Source: an uncultured Verrucomicrobiae bacterium
Lineage (GTDB): Bacteria > Verrucomicrobiota > Verrucomicrobiia > Chthoniobacterales > JAFAMB01
Assembly (NCBI GenBank): GCA_963813025.1
Contig: CAWEXO010000011.1
Span: 832,001-896,000, forward strand
Length of the DNA: 64,000 nucleotides
Reading direction: 5' to 3'
Position numbers and translations under genes: made by a program. Shown here in pieces: positions 36,034 to 48,935 of this stretch. Below the pieces are notes generated by a model. That model was not told the DNA's origin, did no database searches, and saw nothing but the letters and a program-made list of their open reading frames with translations. Positions within the stretch are counted from its first letter, which is position 1; each line of letters opens with the position of its first letter.

Positions 36034-36888
36034 ATGCCGATAACCTACTTTCTGGGCGCGGAGCAGCTGACCGTACAGGCAAATCCGTTGTTACCCGATT
36101 TTGGCTGGTTCACCAACTCACTGCTGGTGACCGTCATCGTCACGGTATTGATCCTGATTTGGGCTCGTCTCTCGACCCGCCGCATGGAACTGGTGCCCAT
36201 GGCGAACCAGAACCTTTTTGAGACCCTGGTGGAAACGCTCTACAACCTTTTCGAGAGCGTCGTCGGACGCCGGATGGTCGGCAAGACATTCCCGCTATTA
36301 TCAACCCTTTTCATCTTTATCCTGGCTGCCAACTGGTTCGGGTTGATCCCCGGAGTGGGGACGATCGGATTTGGCAAACCCGGACCGGGTATCCTTTCAC
36401 TCGAGGAGTTGCACGATCCTTTGCTCCGTCCTTCGAACGCCGACCTGAATATGACGCTCGGCATGGCGGTCTTTTTTATGATCATGTGGGTTTTCTGGAC
36501 GGTGAAAGAGGTAGGGGTGATTGGCTTCTTTAAACATATCTTTGCTCCAAAGGGCGGGGTTAAAGGCATTCTGTGGGCGTTGCTCTTGCCTCTTTTCATC
36601 TTTGTCGGGTTGATCGAACTGGTCTCGATTGCGATCCGACCAGTTTCCCTTTCCCTGCGATTATTCGGCAACATTTTTGCCGGAGAAACTCTGCTTCATA
36701 CGATGACGGATCTGGGGCGGCAGCTGCCGTTTGGGTTAGGCTGGATTTTCTCGATCGTGTTTCCCCTACCTTTCTATTTTATGGAGCTACTGGTGGGGGT
36801 GCTGCAGGCGTTCGTCTTCGCGATGCTCTGCGCGGTCTATATCAAGCTGTCGACCGCGGACGAATCAGGCGAGGAAGCCGGCCACTGA
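36034..36888 (+). CDS. atpB: ATP synthase F0 subunit a
   Basis: NWFGLIPG, RPVSLSLRLFGNIFAGE, ELLVGVLQAFVFAML. Confidence 0.97.
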   Translation: MPITYFLGAEQLTVQANPLLPDFGWFTNSLLVTVIVTVLILIWARLSTRRMELVPMANQNLFETLVETLYNLFESVVGRRMVGKTFPLLSTLFIFILAANWFGLIPGVGTIGFGKPGPGILSLEELHDPLLRPSNADLNMTLGMAVFFMIMWVFWTVKEVGVIGFFKHIFAPKGGVKGILWALLLPLFIFVGLIELVSIAIRPVSLSLRLFGNIFAGETLLHTMTDLGRQLPFGLGWIFSIVFPLPFYFMELLVGVLQAFVFAMLCAVYIKLSTADESGEEAGH

Positions 36889-36973
36889 CACAGACGATTT
36901 CCCGTCGAGACCATGCTACGCGTGGGCGGCGGACACGAGAAACAACAAAAAAAAGAAGGAAGAAAATAAAAAC

Positions 36974-37210
36974 ATGTTGGAGATAGTTCCAATGGTAGCC
37001 CAGGTATCTGGAAACGTCGGCGCAACCCTCCCCCTGGCTTTTGCTGGGCTAGGCGCGGGGATCGGCGTCGGAATTTGTGGAGGGAAAGCCGCCGAGGCGG
37101 TCGGACGCAACCCGAGTGCTTTCGGAAACATTCTGGTCATGGCGATCATCGGAATGGCTCTGGCCGAAGCGATCGCAATCTACGGGTTGATCATTGCATT
37201 CACGCATTAA
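36974..37210 (+). CDS. atpE: ATP synthase F0 subunit c
   Basis: GLGAGIGVG glycine motif, GRNP loop, ALAEAIAIY. Confidence 0.97.
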   Translation: MLEIVPMVAQVSGNVGATLPLAFAGLGAGIGVGICGGKAAEAVGRNPSAFGNILVMAIIGMALAEAIAIYGLIIAFTH

Positions 37211-37288
37211 TTACGAATGTTAAGGGCTGCGGCGCTACCGCAGCCCGACCTTGCCAAGAGGTTCGCCCACAAAAAGGCTATTGAGATT

Positions 37289-37789
37289 ATGGAAAAGATC
37301 TCCCAGCAATTTGGAGTTTACTGGCCGAATCTTCTGGCCCAGGTGATTGTTTTTATCATCGTTTACCTTGTCCTTTCCCGGTACGCCTTCAAACCGGTGG
37401 TTGCGATGCTGGAGGAGCGCCGTCGCCGCATCGAGGAAGGACAGATCAATGCCGAAAAGATTCGCCAGCAATTGGCCGAAGCACAGACCAAATACGAAGA
37501 GGTGCTCGCGCGGGCCAATGCGGAAGCACAACGGCTGATCGAAGAAGTGCGCACCAGCGGCGATCGTTTGGCCGAACAGAAACGCCAACAAGCGTTGCTT
37601 GAGGCTGAGCAGATTGCGACCAAAGCGCGGGAATCCATGGCACTCGAGCGTGAACGGCTGATGAGCGAATTGAAGAAGGAAGTCGGCCGATTGGTCATCG
37701 ATACAACGACCAAGGTTACCGGCAAGGTGCTGACGCCGGAAGACCGGCAACGGATAAGCGAAGAAGCGGCGCGCGACGTGGCCGCTTAG
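37289..37789 (+). CDS. atpF: ATP synthase F0 subunit b
   Basis: N-terminal TM (LAQVIVFIIVYLVLSRYAFKP) and long coiled coil. ATG 37217 is an alternative start. Confidence 0.93.
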   Translation: MEKISQQFGVYWPNLLAQVIVFIIVYLVLSRYAFKPVVAMLEERRRRIEEGQINAEKIRQQLAEAQTKYEEVLARANAEAQRLIEEVRTSGDRLAEQKRQQALLEAEQIATKARESMALERERLMSELKKEVGRLVIDTTTKVTGKVLTPEDRQRISEEAARDVAA

Positions 37790-37808
37790 GGGCTTCGGCT
37801 GGTTTGCC

Positions 37809-38201
37809 ATGAGAGCCTCAAAAGATGCGCGAAAATTATCGCGTCAACTCCTGAAAAACAGTTTTAGCGACGGAAAATTGAATCAAGAAAAAGTCTCACA
37901 AATGGTTAACAGTGTTTTGACTGATCGGCCGCGGGGCTACGTGGATGTCCTTAAGGATTACCAGCGCTTGGTGCGTCTGGAGGTAGAGAAGAGGCAGGCG
38001 GTGGTCGAAAGTGCGACTTCATTGAACCCGGCATTGCGCGATCAAGTGCTGGCGAAGCTTCGGCAACGCTACGGTGACGACGTCACTACGGAGTTTCGCA
38101 TTAACCCAGAACTTTTAGCCGGGCTGCGAATCAAGATTGGTGATGACGTCTGGGATGGATCAGTTCAAACGCGGTTGAACCGGCTGAAAGAACAAATCTA
38201 G
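37809..38201 (+). CDS. atpH: ATP synthase F1 subunit delta (short form)
   Basis: AVVESA..L, INPELLAGLRIKIGDDVWDGSV, and operon position. Confidence 0.92.
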   Translation: MRASKDARKLSRQLLKNSFSDGKLNQEKVSQMVNSVLTDRPRGYVDVLKDYQRLVRLEVEKRQAVVESATSLNPALRDQVLAKLRQRYGDDVTTEFRINPELLAGLRIKIGDDVWDGSVQTRLNRLKEQI

Positions 38202-38207
38202 GAGCCT

Positions 38208-39743
38208 ATGAGCGAAATCTTGCAAGAACTTGAAACCACCATTGCCGGGCTGCGGACCGATACAAGCAAGACCAATGTCGGCGTAGTCCGGGAAATCGGT
38301 GACGGGGTCGCCCGAATCGAAGGATTGAGCGATGTCATGCTCAACGAGATGCTGGAATTCCCCGGCGGTACCTATGGACTTGCCCTCAACCTCGAGGAAA
38401 CTGAGGTCGGCGCTATCGTACTGGGCAGCTACGAGGAAATCTCGGAAGGTACCGAGGTGCGCACGACCGGTCGTTTGCTCTCGGTACCGGTCGGCAAAGG
38501 TTTGCTCGGAAGAGTAGTGAATGTTCTTGGGCAGCCAATCGACGGAAAAGGTCCGATTAAATCCGAGGAAACCTACCCGGTGGAAAAGATCGCTCCGGGC
38601 ATCATCAAGCGTCGCCCGGTATCAGTGCCGGTCCAGACAGGAATTCTGCCGATTGATGCGATGATTCCGATCGGACGGGGTCAACGCGAGCTGATCATCG
38701 GCGACCGGGCAACCGGGAAGTCAACCGTCGCGATCGACACGATCATCAATCAGGCTCGATTGAATCGCTCGGCGGAAGAGGGTAGCAACAAACAGCACAG
38801 CCCGTTGTACTGCATCTATGTAGCGATCGGCCAAAAGAGTATGAGCGTCGCGCGAACAGTCGATATCCTCGACAAAGCCGGAGCGCTGGACAACACGATC
38901 GTGATTTCTGCGCCGGCGGCGGATAGCGCGACCAACCAGTATCTGGCTCCGTACGCCGGGGCCGCCATGGGCGAATGGTTTATGGACCGCGGGATGGATG
39001 CTCTGATTGTGTTCGACGATCTGACCAAACACGCCGCCGCATACCGGCAGGTCTCCTTGATCTTGAAGCGCCCGTCCGGACGCGAAGCCTACCCTGGAGA
39101 TGTTTTCTATCTGCATTCCCGGCTGCTGGAGCGGAGTGCTCGTTTGAGTAAAGAGGCGGGAGGGGGATCTTTGACGGCCTTGCCAATCATTGAAACGCAG
39201 GCAGGGGATGTCTCCGCTTACATCCCCACCAACGTTATTTCGATTACCGATGGCCAAATTTACTTGGAAACCGACCTGTTCTATCAAGGAGTTCGGCCGG
39301 CGATTTCTGTAGGTATCTCCGTGAGCCGGGTTGGATCTGCCGCCCAGATCAAAGCGATCAAGCAGGTGGCCGGCTCCACCAAGCTGGATCTCGCGCAGTT
39401 CCGCGATTTGCAGGCATTCGCGCAGTTCGGTTCCGATGTGGACCCCGGGACCAGAAAAAAATTAGATCGCGGTCAGCGGATTGTTGAGTTGTTTAAACAG
39501 GTTCAATATAACCCGATCGCGGTGGAGATGGAAGTCGTCGTGCTTTTTGCTATGCAAAAAGGCTATTTCGATGATGTGCCAGTCGACAAGATCAGGGATT
39601 GCAAGGCTAAGTTAATCGAGTATTTCCAAACACGCAAAGAAGACGTGCTTAAGGAAATTCTGGCCAAATCGGCCATCGACAAGGATCTGGACGAAAAGCT
39701 GCACGCCGCCGTCAAGGACTTTAAGACTTTCTACAAACCGTAG
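38208..39743 (+). CDS. atpA: ATP synthase F1 subunit alpha
   Basis: [43 protein letters not shown]. Confidence 0.98.
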   Translation: MSEILQELETTIAGLRTDTSKTNVGVVREIGDGVARIEGLSDVMLNEMLEFPGGTYGLALNLEETEVGAIVLGSYEEISEGTEVRTTGRLLSVPVGKGLLGRVVNVLGQPIDGKGPIKSEETYPVEKIAPGIIKRRPVSVPVQTGILPIDAMIPIGRGQRELIIGDRATGKSTVAIDTIINQARLNRSAEEGSNKQHSPLYCIYVAIGQKSMSVARTVDILDKAGALDNTIVISAPAADSATNQYLAPYAGAAMGEWFMDRGMDALIVFDDLTKHAAAYRQVSLILKRPSGREAYPGDVFYLHSRLLERSARLSKEAGGGSLTALPIIETQAGDVSAYIPTNVISITDGQIYLETDLFYQGVRPAISVGISVSRVGSAAQIKAIKQVAGSTKLDLAQFRDLQAFAQFGSDVDPGTRKKLDRGQRIVELFKQVQYNPIAVEMEVVVLFAMQKGYFDDVPVDKIRDCKAKLIEYFQTRKEDVLKEILAKSAIDKDLDEKLHAAVKDFKTFYKP

Positions 39744-39764
39744 CGCCGCGGCGCTCCCCCTCGT

Positions 39765-42030
<2,266 letters not shown>

Positions 42031-42035
42031 GCGAG

Positions 42036-42449
42036 GTGGCCACGTTGCGCTTAGAGATCGTTACACCCGGCGAAAAGACGTATTCCGAGGACGTCGACAT
42101 GGTCGTGGTTCCGGGAATTGAAGGTGAACTTGGCGTGCTTCCCATGCACGTGCCGCTCATGACGCAGCTCTTGCCGGGACCTATTCGCATTCTAAAGGGC
42201 GGACAGGAAACAGTACTGGTCATCGGCAGCGGATTCGCGGAAATCCTGCCACAGAGCGTCTCGATACTGACGGATATGGCCGTCGCGGATCAGAACATTG
42301 ACGAGCAATCGGCCGAGGAGGCGGTAAAGAGAGCTGAAGAAGCGCTTCGTCAGCGGGATCTTGAACCCGACGATGCCGCAGAGGTGGAAGCGGCTCTTGC
42401 GCGGAACCTTGCTCAACTGCGATTCAAGCGGCGCCGAAGGAACGCGTAA
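42036..42449 (+). CDS. atpC: ATP synthase F1 subunit epsilon
   Basis: LEIVTP, PGIEGELGVLPMHVPL, SGFAEI. Confidence 0.96.
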   Translation: MATLRLEIVTPGEKTYSEDVDMVVVPGIEGELGVLPMHVPLMTQLLPGPIRILKGGQETVLVIGSGFAEILPQSVSILTDMAVADQNIDEQSAEEAVKRAEEALRQRDLEPDDAAEVEAALARNLAQLRFKRRRRNA

Positions 42450-42451
42450 AG

Positions 42452-43735
42452 TCAAAAACGGATCTGAACCGAGCGACCGTGCGCGGCTAATTGCTCCGTT
42501 TCGCTCATTAGTTGCAGGGTGCGCGCGGAGCGATCCAATGCCCCGCGGCTATATTCGATGATACTCGTGCGGCGTTGAAACTGATCTGCGGTCAATCCGC
42601 CAAACGACTTGGCTGCTCCCCCGGTGGGTAATTCGTGGCTTGGTCCGGCGAGAAAATCTCCCGCGGCGACCGGAGAGTATGGGCCGATGAAAATCGCGCC
42701 CGCAGTGCGGATCTCCTTGGCGATAGCCCAAGCGTCCTCCGTCACAATGGAAAGATGTTCCGGAGCAAAATTGTTTGCAGTTTCGATCATCGACGCGCGG
42801 TCCGGCACAAGCAGACCGAACGCGTTCTCTTGCAGGACTGCTTGAATCAGCGACGCTCGAGGGAGGCCCGCGGTTTGGCGGTTAAGCTCAGCGTTGACGG
42901 AACTAGCGAGCGTTCGCGAGGTAGTCACGAACCCGGCAATGCTGCCTCTTCCGTGCTCGGCTTGCGCCAGCAGGTCGGCCGCGACCCAGGCCGGGTTGGC
43001 CGTTTCGTCCGCCAGCACCAGGATTTCGCTGGGTCCTGGCAAAAGATCAACTGCGACAAAGCCGAAGACTTGCCGTTTCGCTTCCGTGACGTAAGCGTTG
43101 CCCGGTCCGAAAATTTTGTCGACCGGCGCAACCGTTTCGGTACCGAATGCCAAGCTCCCGATCGCTTGCGCCCCTCCGAATTTGTAAACCTCGGTGGCAC
43201 CTGTTATCTGGAGCGCGGCCAGGAGATGAGGGTTCATGCTTTTACTGTGACCAACGGGAGATGTTACGACGACCTGTGGAACGCCGATGGCGCTGGCAAT
43301 CGCGACTGTCATGATCGCGGACGAGACAAGGGGTGCCGTACCGGCCGGCACATAGATCCCCACCCGATCGAAGGGGAGAAATCGTTCTCCGACAATCGCG
43401 CCCTGAGCGTTCTCCGCGATCCAATCTGTTCTTCGGCTCCGTTTGGCGAATTCCTGGACATTGAGCTTGGATGCTTCCAGGGCGTCGCGTACTTCAGGCT
43501 CGAGCTGGCCCAGCGCGGTTCGCATCTCTTCATCGGGAACTCGAAACTCCGCCGGCTCGAGCTTTACCTGATCGAATTGAAAGATATAGCGAGCCGTCCC
43601 CTCATCACCTTGTTCTTGAACATCCCGCAGAATCTGACGCACCTTCTCGACCACTTCTGGCTCGGGGACATACCGTCGATTCAGGCGACCTGGCCAAGAG
43701 TTGTCTTGGATCGTAGAAGTATCGATGATTCTCAT
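42452..43735 (-). CDS. hisD: Histidinol dehydrogenase
   Basis: GIYVPAG, KIFGPGNAYV, GPSE, DLLAQAEH, APEHL, GPSHELPTGG. Confidence 0.97.
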   Translation of the reverse strand: MRIIDTSTIQDNSWPGRLNRRYVPEPEVVEKVRQILRDVQEQGDEGTARYIFQFDQVKLEPAEFRVPDEEMRTALGQLEPEVRDALEASKLNVQEFAKRSRRTDWIAENAQGAIVGERFLPFDRVGIYVPAGTAPLVSSAIMTVAIASAIGVPQVVVTSPVGHSKSMNPHLLAALQITGATEVYKFGGAQAIGSLAFGTETVAPVDKIFGPGNAYVTEAKRQVFGFVAVDLLPGPSEILVLADETANPAWVAADLLAQAEHGRGSIAGFVTTSRTLASSVNAELNRQTAGLPRASLIQAVLQENAFGLLVPDRASMIETANNFAPEHLSIVTEDAWAIAKEIRTAGAIFIGPYSPVAAGDFLAGPSHELPTGGAAKSFGGLTADQFQRRTSIIEYSRGALDRSARTLQLMSETEQLAAHGRSVQIRF

Positions 43736-43867
43736 TGGAAAATAATGTAGTGCCGGGATGCGGACCGCGCGTATCGTGGAGAGCTTAACAACAACGTTTT
43801 AAATTCTTTTTTGGGCTGACCCAGTGCCAAAGGTCGGCGCTCTCCCGAACTTCTTTCGCTCTTTCCG

Positions 43868-44893
43868 ATGAACAAGGCCCTGATTCGCACCTTCCAAGCA
43901 GTCTTTACAATCGGAATCCTGATTTGGCTTTTCCATGATCCGCAGAAGCGCGGTCAAATGGCCGCGGCTTTTGGGCGGGCCGACGTGCGCTGGTTGATCC
44001 TCGGCCTGCCGATAGCCTTGGTGGGCGAGGTCGCCAACATCGCGCGCTGGCAGATCCTGATGCGAGTGCAAGGTATGTACATGACCTGGCGGCGCGCCAC
44101 GATGCTGTTTTTTATTGGCTTATTTTTCAACCTTTTCATGCCGGGCTATACCGGCGGCGATTTTGCCCGCCTTTACTATTTGATGCGGGAGTTTCCCGAA
44201 AAGCGGAAAGAGGCGGTCCTGACGATTGCCATGGACCGCCTGATCGGCATCGCGGCTCTCATGCTGACGGCCGTCCTCACCACGAGCCTGCGTTGGGAAT
44301 GGCTGCAAAAAACGCCCCAGGCGGCTGTACTGCTTTGGGTCCTGATCTTCATGCTGATCGGTTTCGCCGTACTGATGGTTGGTTCATTTCTGATTAGCGG
44401 ACTCAAACTTGCGAACCGGCTCCCACAGCATTTCCCACTCCGGGAGATGTTGATCGAAATCTCCGACGCGTACCGGCTCTTCCAGAAGGCAAAGACGTCA
44501 CTGCTTTGGGCTCTCCTCCTCTCGTTCCCGATCCTTTTCTCCTTTTACGGTGCCTTTTATTGTGCGGCGCGAGCGTATGCCGCGGGGGTATCGTTACTCG
44601 ACATGTTCACGATCATGCCAATCGTGACCGCCATCATTTCGTTACCGATTACTCCGAGCGGCATCGGTTTTCGGGAATCGCTGATTGAGATTTTGCTCAG
44701 AGATCTTTGCTCTGTCCCGGGCGAGGTTGGGGTCTTGATCTCGCTGGTTGGCTTTTCTTTTTTTGTCCTCTTTGGGATTGTCGGGGGCGTTATCTATCTT
44801 TTCTACGCCCCGAAGAAGCACGCGCGCTGGAGCGATATGCAGATGGCCGTGGACGAAGCACACCAGACTTCCGAGAAGCGCACGGTTGATTGA
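43868..44893 (+). CDS. Lysylphosphatidylglycerol synthase TM / flippase-like (UPF0104) protein
   Basis: RWQILM, FIGLFFNLFMPGYTGGD, DRLIG, LPITPSGIGFRE; polytopic. Confidence 0.88.
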   Translation: MNKALIRTFQAVFTIGILIWLFHDPQKRGQMAAAFGRADVRWLILGLPIALVGEVANIARWQILMRVQGMYMTWRRATMLFFIGLFFNLFMPGYTGGDFARLYYLMREFPEKRKEAVLTIAMDRLIGIAALMLTAVLTTSLRWEWLQKTPQAAVLLWVLIFMLIGFAVLMVGSFLISGLKLANRLPQHFPLREMLIEISDAYRLFQKAKTSLLWALLLSFPILFSFYGAFYCAARAYAAGVSLLDMFTIMPIVTAIISLPITPSGIGFRESLIEILLRDLCSVPGEVGVLISLVGFSFFVLFGIVGGVIYLFYAPKKHARWSDMQMAVDEAHQTSEKRTVD

Positions 44894-44925
44894 CGGCCGC
44901 CCGTTCCGCTGTCTACCGTTTGAGA

Positions 44926-45771
44926 ATGGATTTTCTGCTTGGCCATTCCCCTGATCCAGATGACGCGTTCATGTTCTATGCTCTTGCGCAGGACAAGATC
45001 GACACCCGAGGCCATCACTTCCGGCATATCCTGCAAGACATCGAAACCCTGAACCAGCGCGCGGCTCGAGGAGAGTTGGAGATTTCCGCGGTTTCGATTC
45101 ACGCTTACGCTTACCTGGCCGATAAGTACGTCCTGCTGCCCTGCGGCGCGAGCATGGGAGACGGGTATGGCCCGATGCTGGTGACGAAACAAGAACCGCC
45201 GTCAGCCTCGCAGAATGTTCCGAATTGGTTGCGCGGCAAACGCATCGCTATTCCTGGAAGACGCACCAGCGCTTATCTTGCTCTTTGCCTTTTCGCGGGA
45301 GAGTCAGAAACGGTGACCGTGCCGTTTGACGAGATCTTTGCTTACGTGAATAAAGGTGATGCCGACGTCGGTCTGATCATCCACGAAGGACAGCTAACCT
45401 ATGCGGGGCAGGGTTTTCGCCTTATTCTCGACTTGGGAGCCTGGTGGAAGAAAGAGACTGGCCTTCCGCTGCCGCTCGGCGGAAACGTGATTCGCAAGGA
45501 CATACCGCCCCGCATACGAAAGGAGGTGTCGGAGATCTTGCAGGAAAGTATTGAATACGGTCTCCGGAACCGGCGAGCCGGCGTTGAGCATTCCATGCCT
45601 TTGGCTCGCGGACTGAGCCTGGCCCAGGCCGACCAGTTCATTCGGATGTATGTCAACGATTATACTCGCGATTATGGTGACACCGGACGGCAGGCGATCC
45701 GGGAATTCTTCTTTCGCGCCGGAAAACAGGGATTTCTCCCGATGCCGGTCATTCCCGAGTTTGTTGAATAA
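44926..45771 (+). CDS. mqnD: 1,4-dihydroxy-6-naphthoate synthase (futalosine menaquinone pathway)
   Basis: LGHSPDPDDAFMFYAL, DIETLN, GASMGDGYGP, IIHEGQL, DLGAWW..TGLPLPLG, MYVN. Confidence 0.92.
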   Translation: MDFLLGHSPDPDDAFMFYALAQDKIDTRGHHFRHILQDIETLNQRAARGELEISAVSIHAYAYLADKYVLLPCGASMGDGYGPMLVTKQEPPSASQNVPNWLRGKRIAIPGRRTSAYLALCLFAGESETVTVPFDEIFAYVNKGDADVGLIIHEGQLTYAGQGFRLILDLGAWWKKETGLPLPLGGNVIRKDIPPRIRKEVSEILQESIEYGLRNRRAGVEHSMPLARGLSLAQADQFIRMYVNDYTRDYGDTGRQAIREFFFRAGKQGFLPMPVIPEFVE

Positions 45772-46121
45772 GAAACGATTGGCGCCCGCGAGCGCCAGCA
45801 GCGCTAGAGACAGGCCAACGCCGGTCAGGAGATCTCCCCGAGAACGGGACATGATAGAGCGGGACTCATGTAGAGCTGGGACGCCGTCACGAATGCCGGT
45901 TGGAGTCGGCACAATCGCTCGATGGTGGGATTTCATTGGTTGGACCTGCGTTTGCCTTTTTGATGAGCGCTGGAGTTACCCACTTCCAAGACTGCTCCTC
46001 CGTCGCTAAAGGTTATGGCGGACACGGTTAAACAAGTTCTCGCCTGGCGCTCATCCGCCAAGGCGGATCGCCCTGGCAACCCCGGGGCCAAAGGCTCGTC
46101 GCGATATGAATCAGTCCGATT

Positions 46122-46463
46122 TTAACGCCGGAAAAACAGATTAGCAGCCGACTCGTGCGCCTCGGGGGGGCAAGGAGCATTCGTTGGAACATCTGTGGCT
46201 TGCGAGCTTTGGCTCACCAACCCGTTTCCAATGAGGTATTCCTCAACTTCTTCACCGCTGACATCGGCGAGCATCTCGCCATTGATTTCGATGCAAGGCG
46301 AGAGCGGCTGCCCGCTTTTCTGCTCCATCTCCCAGCGAAAGGCGGGATTCTTGATGATATCCTTTTCCTCGTAAGGCAGGTCGTACTTTTTCAGAACAGC
46401 GCGTACGCCGTTACTCCAGCCGCACGAGGTTTTCAGGTAGGCTACAATTTGCGGTTTATCCAT
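46122..46463 (-). CDS. Monothiol glutaredoxin-like protein
   Basis: AYLKTSCGWS, SGQPLSPCIEING. Confidence 0.85.
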   Translation of the reverse strand: MDKPQIVAYLKTSCGWSNGVRAVLKKYDLPYEEKDIIKNPAFRWEMEQKSGQPLSPCIEINGEMLADVSGEEVEEYLIGNGLVSQSSQATDVPTNAPCPPEAHESAANLFFRR

Positions 46464-46526
46464 AAAGCTCAGTAAAGATCACAGAAAAGAGACGGTCGGC
46501 AAGTACGGGCCTCGTTTGCTACTGAT

Positions 46527-48207
46527 TTATCTTTTCCGGTCGCTTGGCCGGTACTCTTCTTCTGCCGCTTGGAACGCTTGCTCCAGGCCGACCATATCCT
46601 CGCCCGGCCGCAGGCTATCAAAAGCTTCACTCTCCCGGCGAAGCTCATCATCGGAGTAGTGCGCTGCCTTGATCGATAACCCGATCCGGCGTTCGGCTTT
46701 ATCCACTTTGATGACGCGCGCTTCGACTTCCTGACCCACTTTCAGAATATCCTTTACCTTTGCGACATGGTCTTCGCTCAGTTGGGAGATGTGCACCAAT
46801 CCGTCGATGTCGTCCTGCAGCTGAACAAAGGCGCCGAAGCTGGCGAGCTTCGTGACCTTACCCTGAACCAGATCGCCGATCTTGTACTTCTGATCGATCT
46901 CTTTCCACGGATCGGACTCGAGTTGTTTAATACCCAGGCTGATCCGCTGGTTCACTTTGTCGATATCGAGAACCGATCGCCTCAATCTCGTCGTTCTTCT
47001 TCAGGACCTCGCTCGGATGGTTGATTTTGCGGGTCCAGCTCAGATCCGAGACGTGGATCATGCCATCGATGCCTTCCTCGAGTTCAACAAAAGCGCCGTA
47101 GGCCGTCATGTTGCGGATCTTGCCTTTGACCGTTGACCGATCACATATTTGTTCTTCGATTGCGTCCCACGGATTCGGCTCGAGCTGGCGAACGCCGAGA
47201 GAGATTTTCTGCTCCTCTTTATTTACGCCGAGAACGACCGCCTCGATCTCCTGTGCTTGAGTGAGCACATCGGAAGGCCGCGTAATACGTTTGGTCCAGG
47301 AGAGCTCGGAGACGTGAATGAGACCCTCGACTCCTTCTTCGATTTCCACAAAAGCGCCGTACGGCACGAGATTCGTTACTTTGCCGTTTACCTTCGCGCC
47401 GACCGGAAATCGCTCCTCGATTTTGTCCCACGGATTGCGTTGGGTCTGCTTGAGTCCAAGAGAGACGCGCTCTTTTTCCTTGTTGATATCGAGGACGACG
47501 ACGTCGAGTTCCTGTCCGATCTTTAGCAACTCGCTTGGATGGGTGAGCCGGCCCCAGGTCATATCGGTGATGTGCAACAGGCCATCCATCCCGTCGAGGT
47601 CGATAAACGCGCCGAAATCGGTCAGATTTTTGACCGAACCGTTCACAGTGTCGCCGATCCGAACATTTTCGAGGAATCTCGCGCGTTTCTCTGCCCGCTC
47701 TTGCTCGATAATCTCGCGCCGGCTGAGGACGACGTTTTTTCGTTCGTCGTTGATCTTGACAATCTTAAAGTCGTAGGTGTTCCCGACAAATTGCTGAAGA
47801 TCCTTCGGAGGAACAATATCGATCTGTGAACCGGGCAAAAATGCTTCCACGCCGATATTAACGGTCAAGCCGCCTTTCACCACCGGCTTGACCTTGCCTT
47901 TGATCAGGCCATCGCCCTGAAAGACTTTGACGATTTTGTCCCAGTTTTGCTTGTGGGCCGCCTTTTCCTTGGACAGGACGACCATGCCGTCCTCGTTCTC
48001 CAGCCTTTCCAGCAGCACTTCAACTTCGTCGCCGACCTGCACGTCTTCGCCATCATCGAACTCGGAGGTGGGAATAACGCCCTCGGATTTGTACCCAATG
48101 TCCACGAGTACTTCGCGCGGACGAATCTCCAGAATGCGGCCCTTTACGATGCTGCCTTCTTTAAAATCGCGCAGGGACTTCGCGATTAGCTCCTGCATTT
48201 CAGTCAT
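46527..48207 (-). CDS. rpsA: 30S ribosomal protein S1, with apparent indels at ~46975-46985 and a compensated pair at ~47137-47155
   Basis: Six S1 repeats (DIGYKSEG, AFLPGSQID, FGAFIDL..DGLLHITD, YGAFVE..EGLIHVSE and so on). The last repeats lie in a second frame. Confidence 0.95.
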
Positions 48208-48249
48208 AGAATTCGAAACACCAACAAACCACCGTTGCCAAACGTTTTG

Positions 48250-48305
48250 TCCTCTTATCTTCGGGCAGCTGCACCATGCAGCCGCCAAATGCGAAATCAG
48301 AGGGA
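48250..48305 (-). promoter_or_regulatory. Hairpin in the rpsA 5' leader
   Basis: On the minus strand, CCCUCU-GAUUUCG...CGAAGAU-AAGAGG encloses GGCGGCUGCA-ugg-UGCAGCUGCC. Confidence 0.5.
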
Positions 48306-48509
48306 GACGAAATGTAATCAGAATTGGGCTGACCGCAACGGCAGTTCGGGGAGAGCGACGCCAGTGGAGCGGTAATCTAGTGATCGTGACGTGCACGGTG
48401 CCCGATGGGCCCTTCAGCTTAATCTCCACTGATTAGCGGTTCCTGATCAAATGATCGGTGATACCGATGGTCCGACATTGACTCCCGGGCTTCGGTACGG
48501 ATCCATGCG

Positions 48510-48749
48510 TCACTTCATCAACAGCACCGACCGCGCGCGCTTGATTTCCCGGGTAATCTTTCGATGGAGATGCGCGGGCATGCCGGTCACCCGGCGAGGC
48601 AGGATTTTGCCGCTTTCAGTAACAAATTTCCTCAGCAGGTCCGGATTCTTGTAATCGATCGCCTCAATCGCGATATCAATCCGACGCCGGGGCATCGAAC
48701 GATTGGCCCGCCGAAAAGCAGACCGACGTTTTGCATTCTTCGGTTCCAT
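48510..48749 (-). CDS. rpsR: 30S ribosomal protein S18
   Basis: [26 protein letters not shown]...IKRAR. Confidence 0.97.
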   Translation of the reverse strand: MEPKNAKRRSAFRRANRSMPRRRIDIAIEAIDYKNPDLLRKFVTESGKILPRRVTGMPAHLHRKITREIKRARSVLLMK

Positions 48750-48753
48750 GTCT

Positions 48754-48927
48754 CTATTTTACTTCCCGATGCAGCGTGTGGCGGCGAAGGAAAGGATTAT
48801 ATTTCCGCTTTTCCAGCCGGCCTGGAGTATTGGGACTCTTCTTGTTGCGGGTGGAGACATAGCGCGAGACCGGTTTGCCGGCGGCCCTCGCTTCCGTGCA
48901 CTCCAAGGTGATGATATCCCTGGGCAT
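48754..48927 (-). CDS. rpmG: 50S ribosomal protein L33
   Basis: [12 protein letters not shown]...YVSTRNKK...[21 protein letters not shown]. Confidence 0.96.
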   Translation of the reverse strand: MPRDIITLECTEARAAGKPVSRYVSTRNKKSPNTPGRLEKRKYNPFLRRHTLHREVK

Positions 48928-48935
48928 AAAACGAA

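Noticed and set aside
36974..37210. Na+-translocating or N-type ATPase
   Set aside because: Subunit c has E followed by A and lacks the Q...ES/T sodium signature. Gene order is the standard atpBEFHAGDC.
42635..43750. Long antisense ORFs (for example 371 aa opposite hisD, 280 aa opposite atpD, 251 aa opposite valS)
   Set aside because: Expected shadow frames in GC-rich coding DNA, with no motifs.
45394..45936. 180-aa minus-strand ORF with a hydrophobic stretch
   Set aside because: Mostly antisense to mqnD with no recognisable motif. At best a remnant in 45771-45936.
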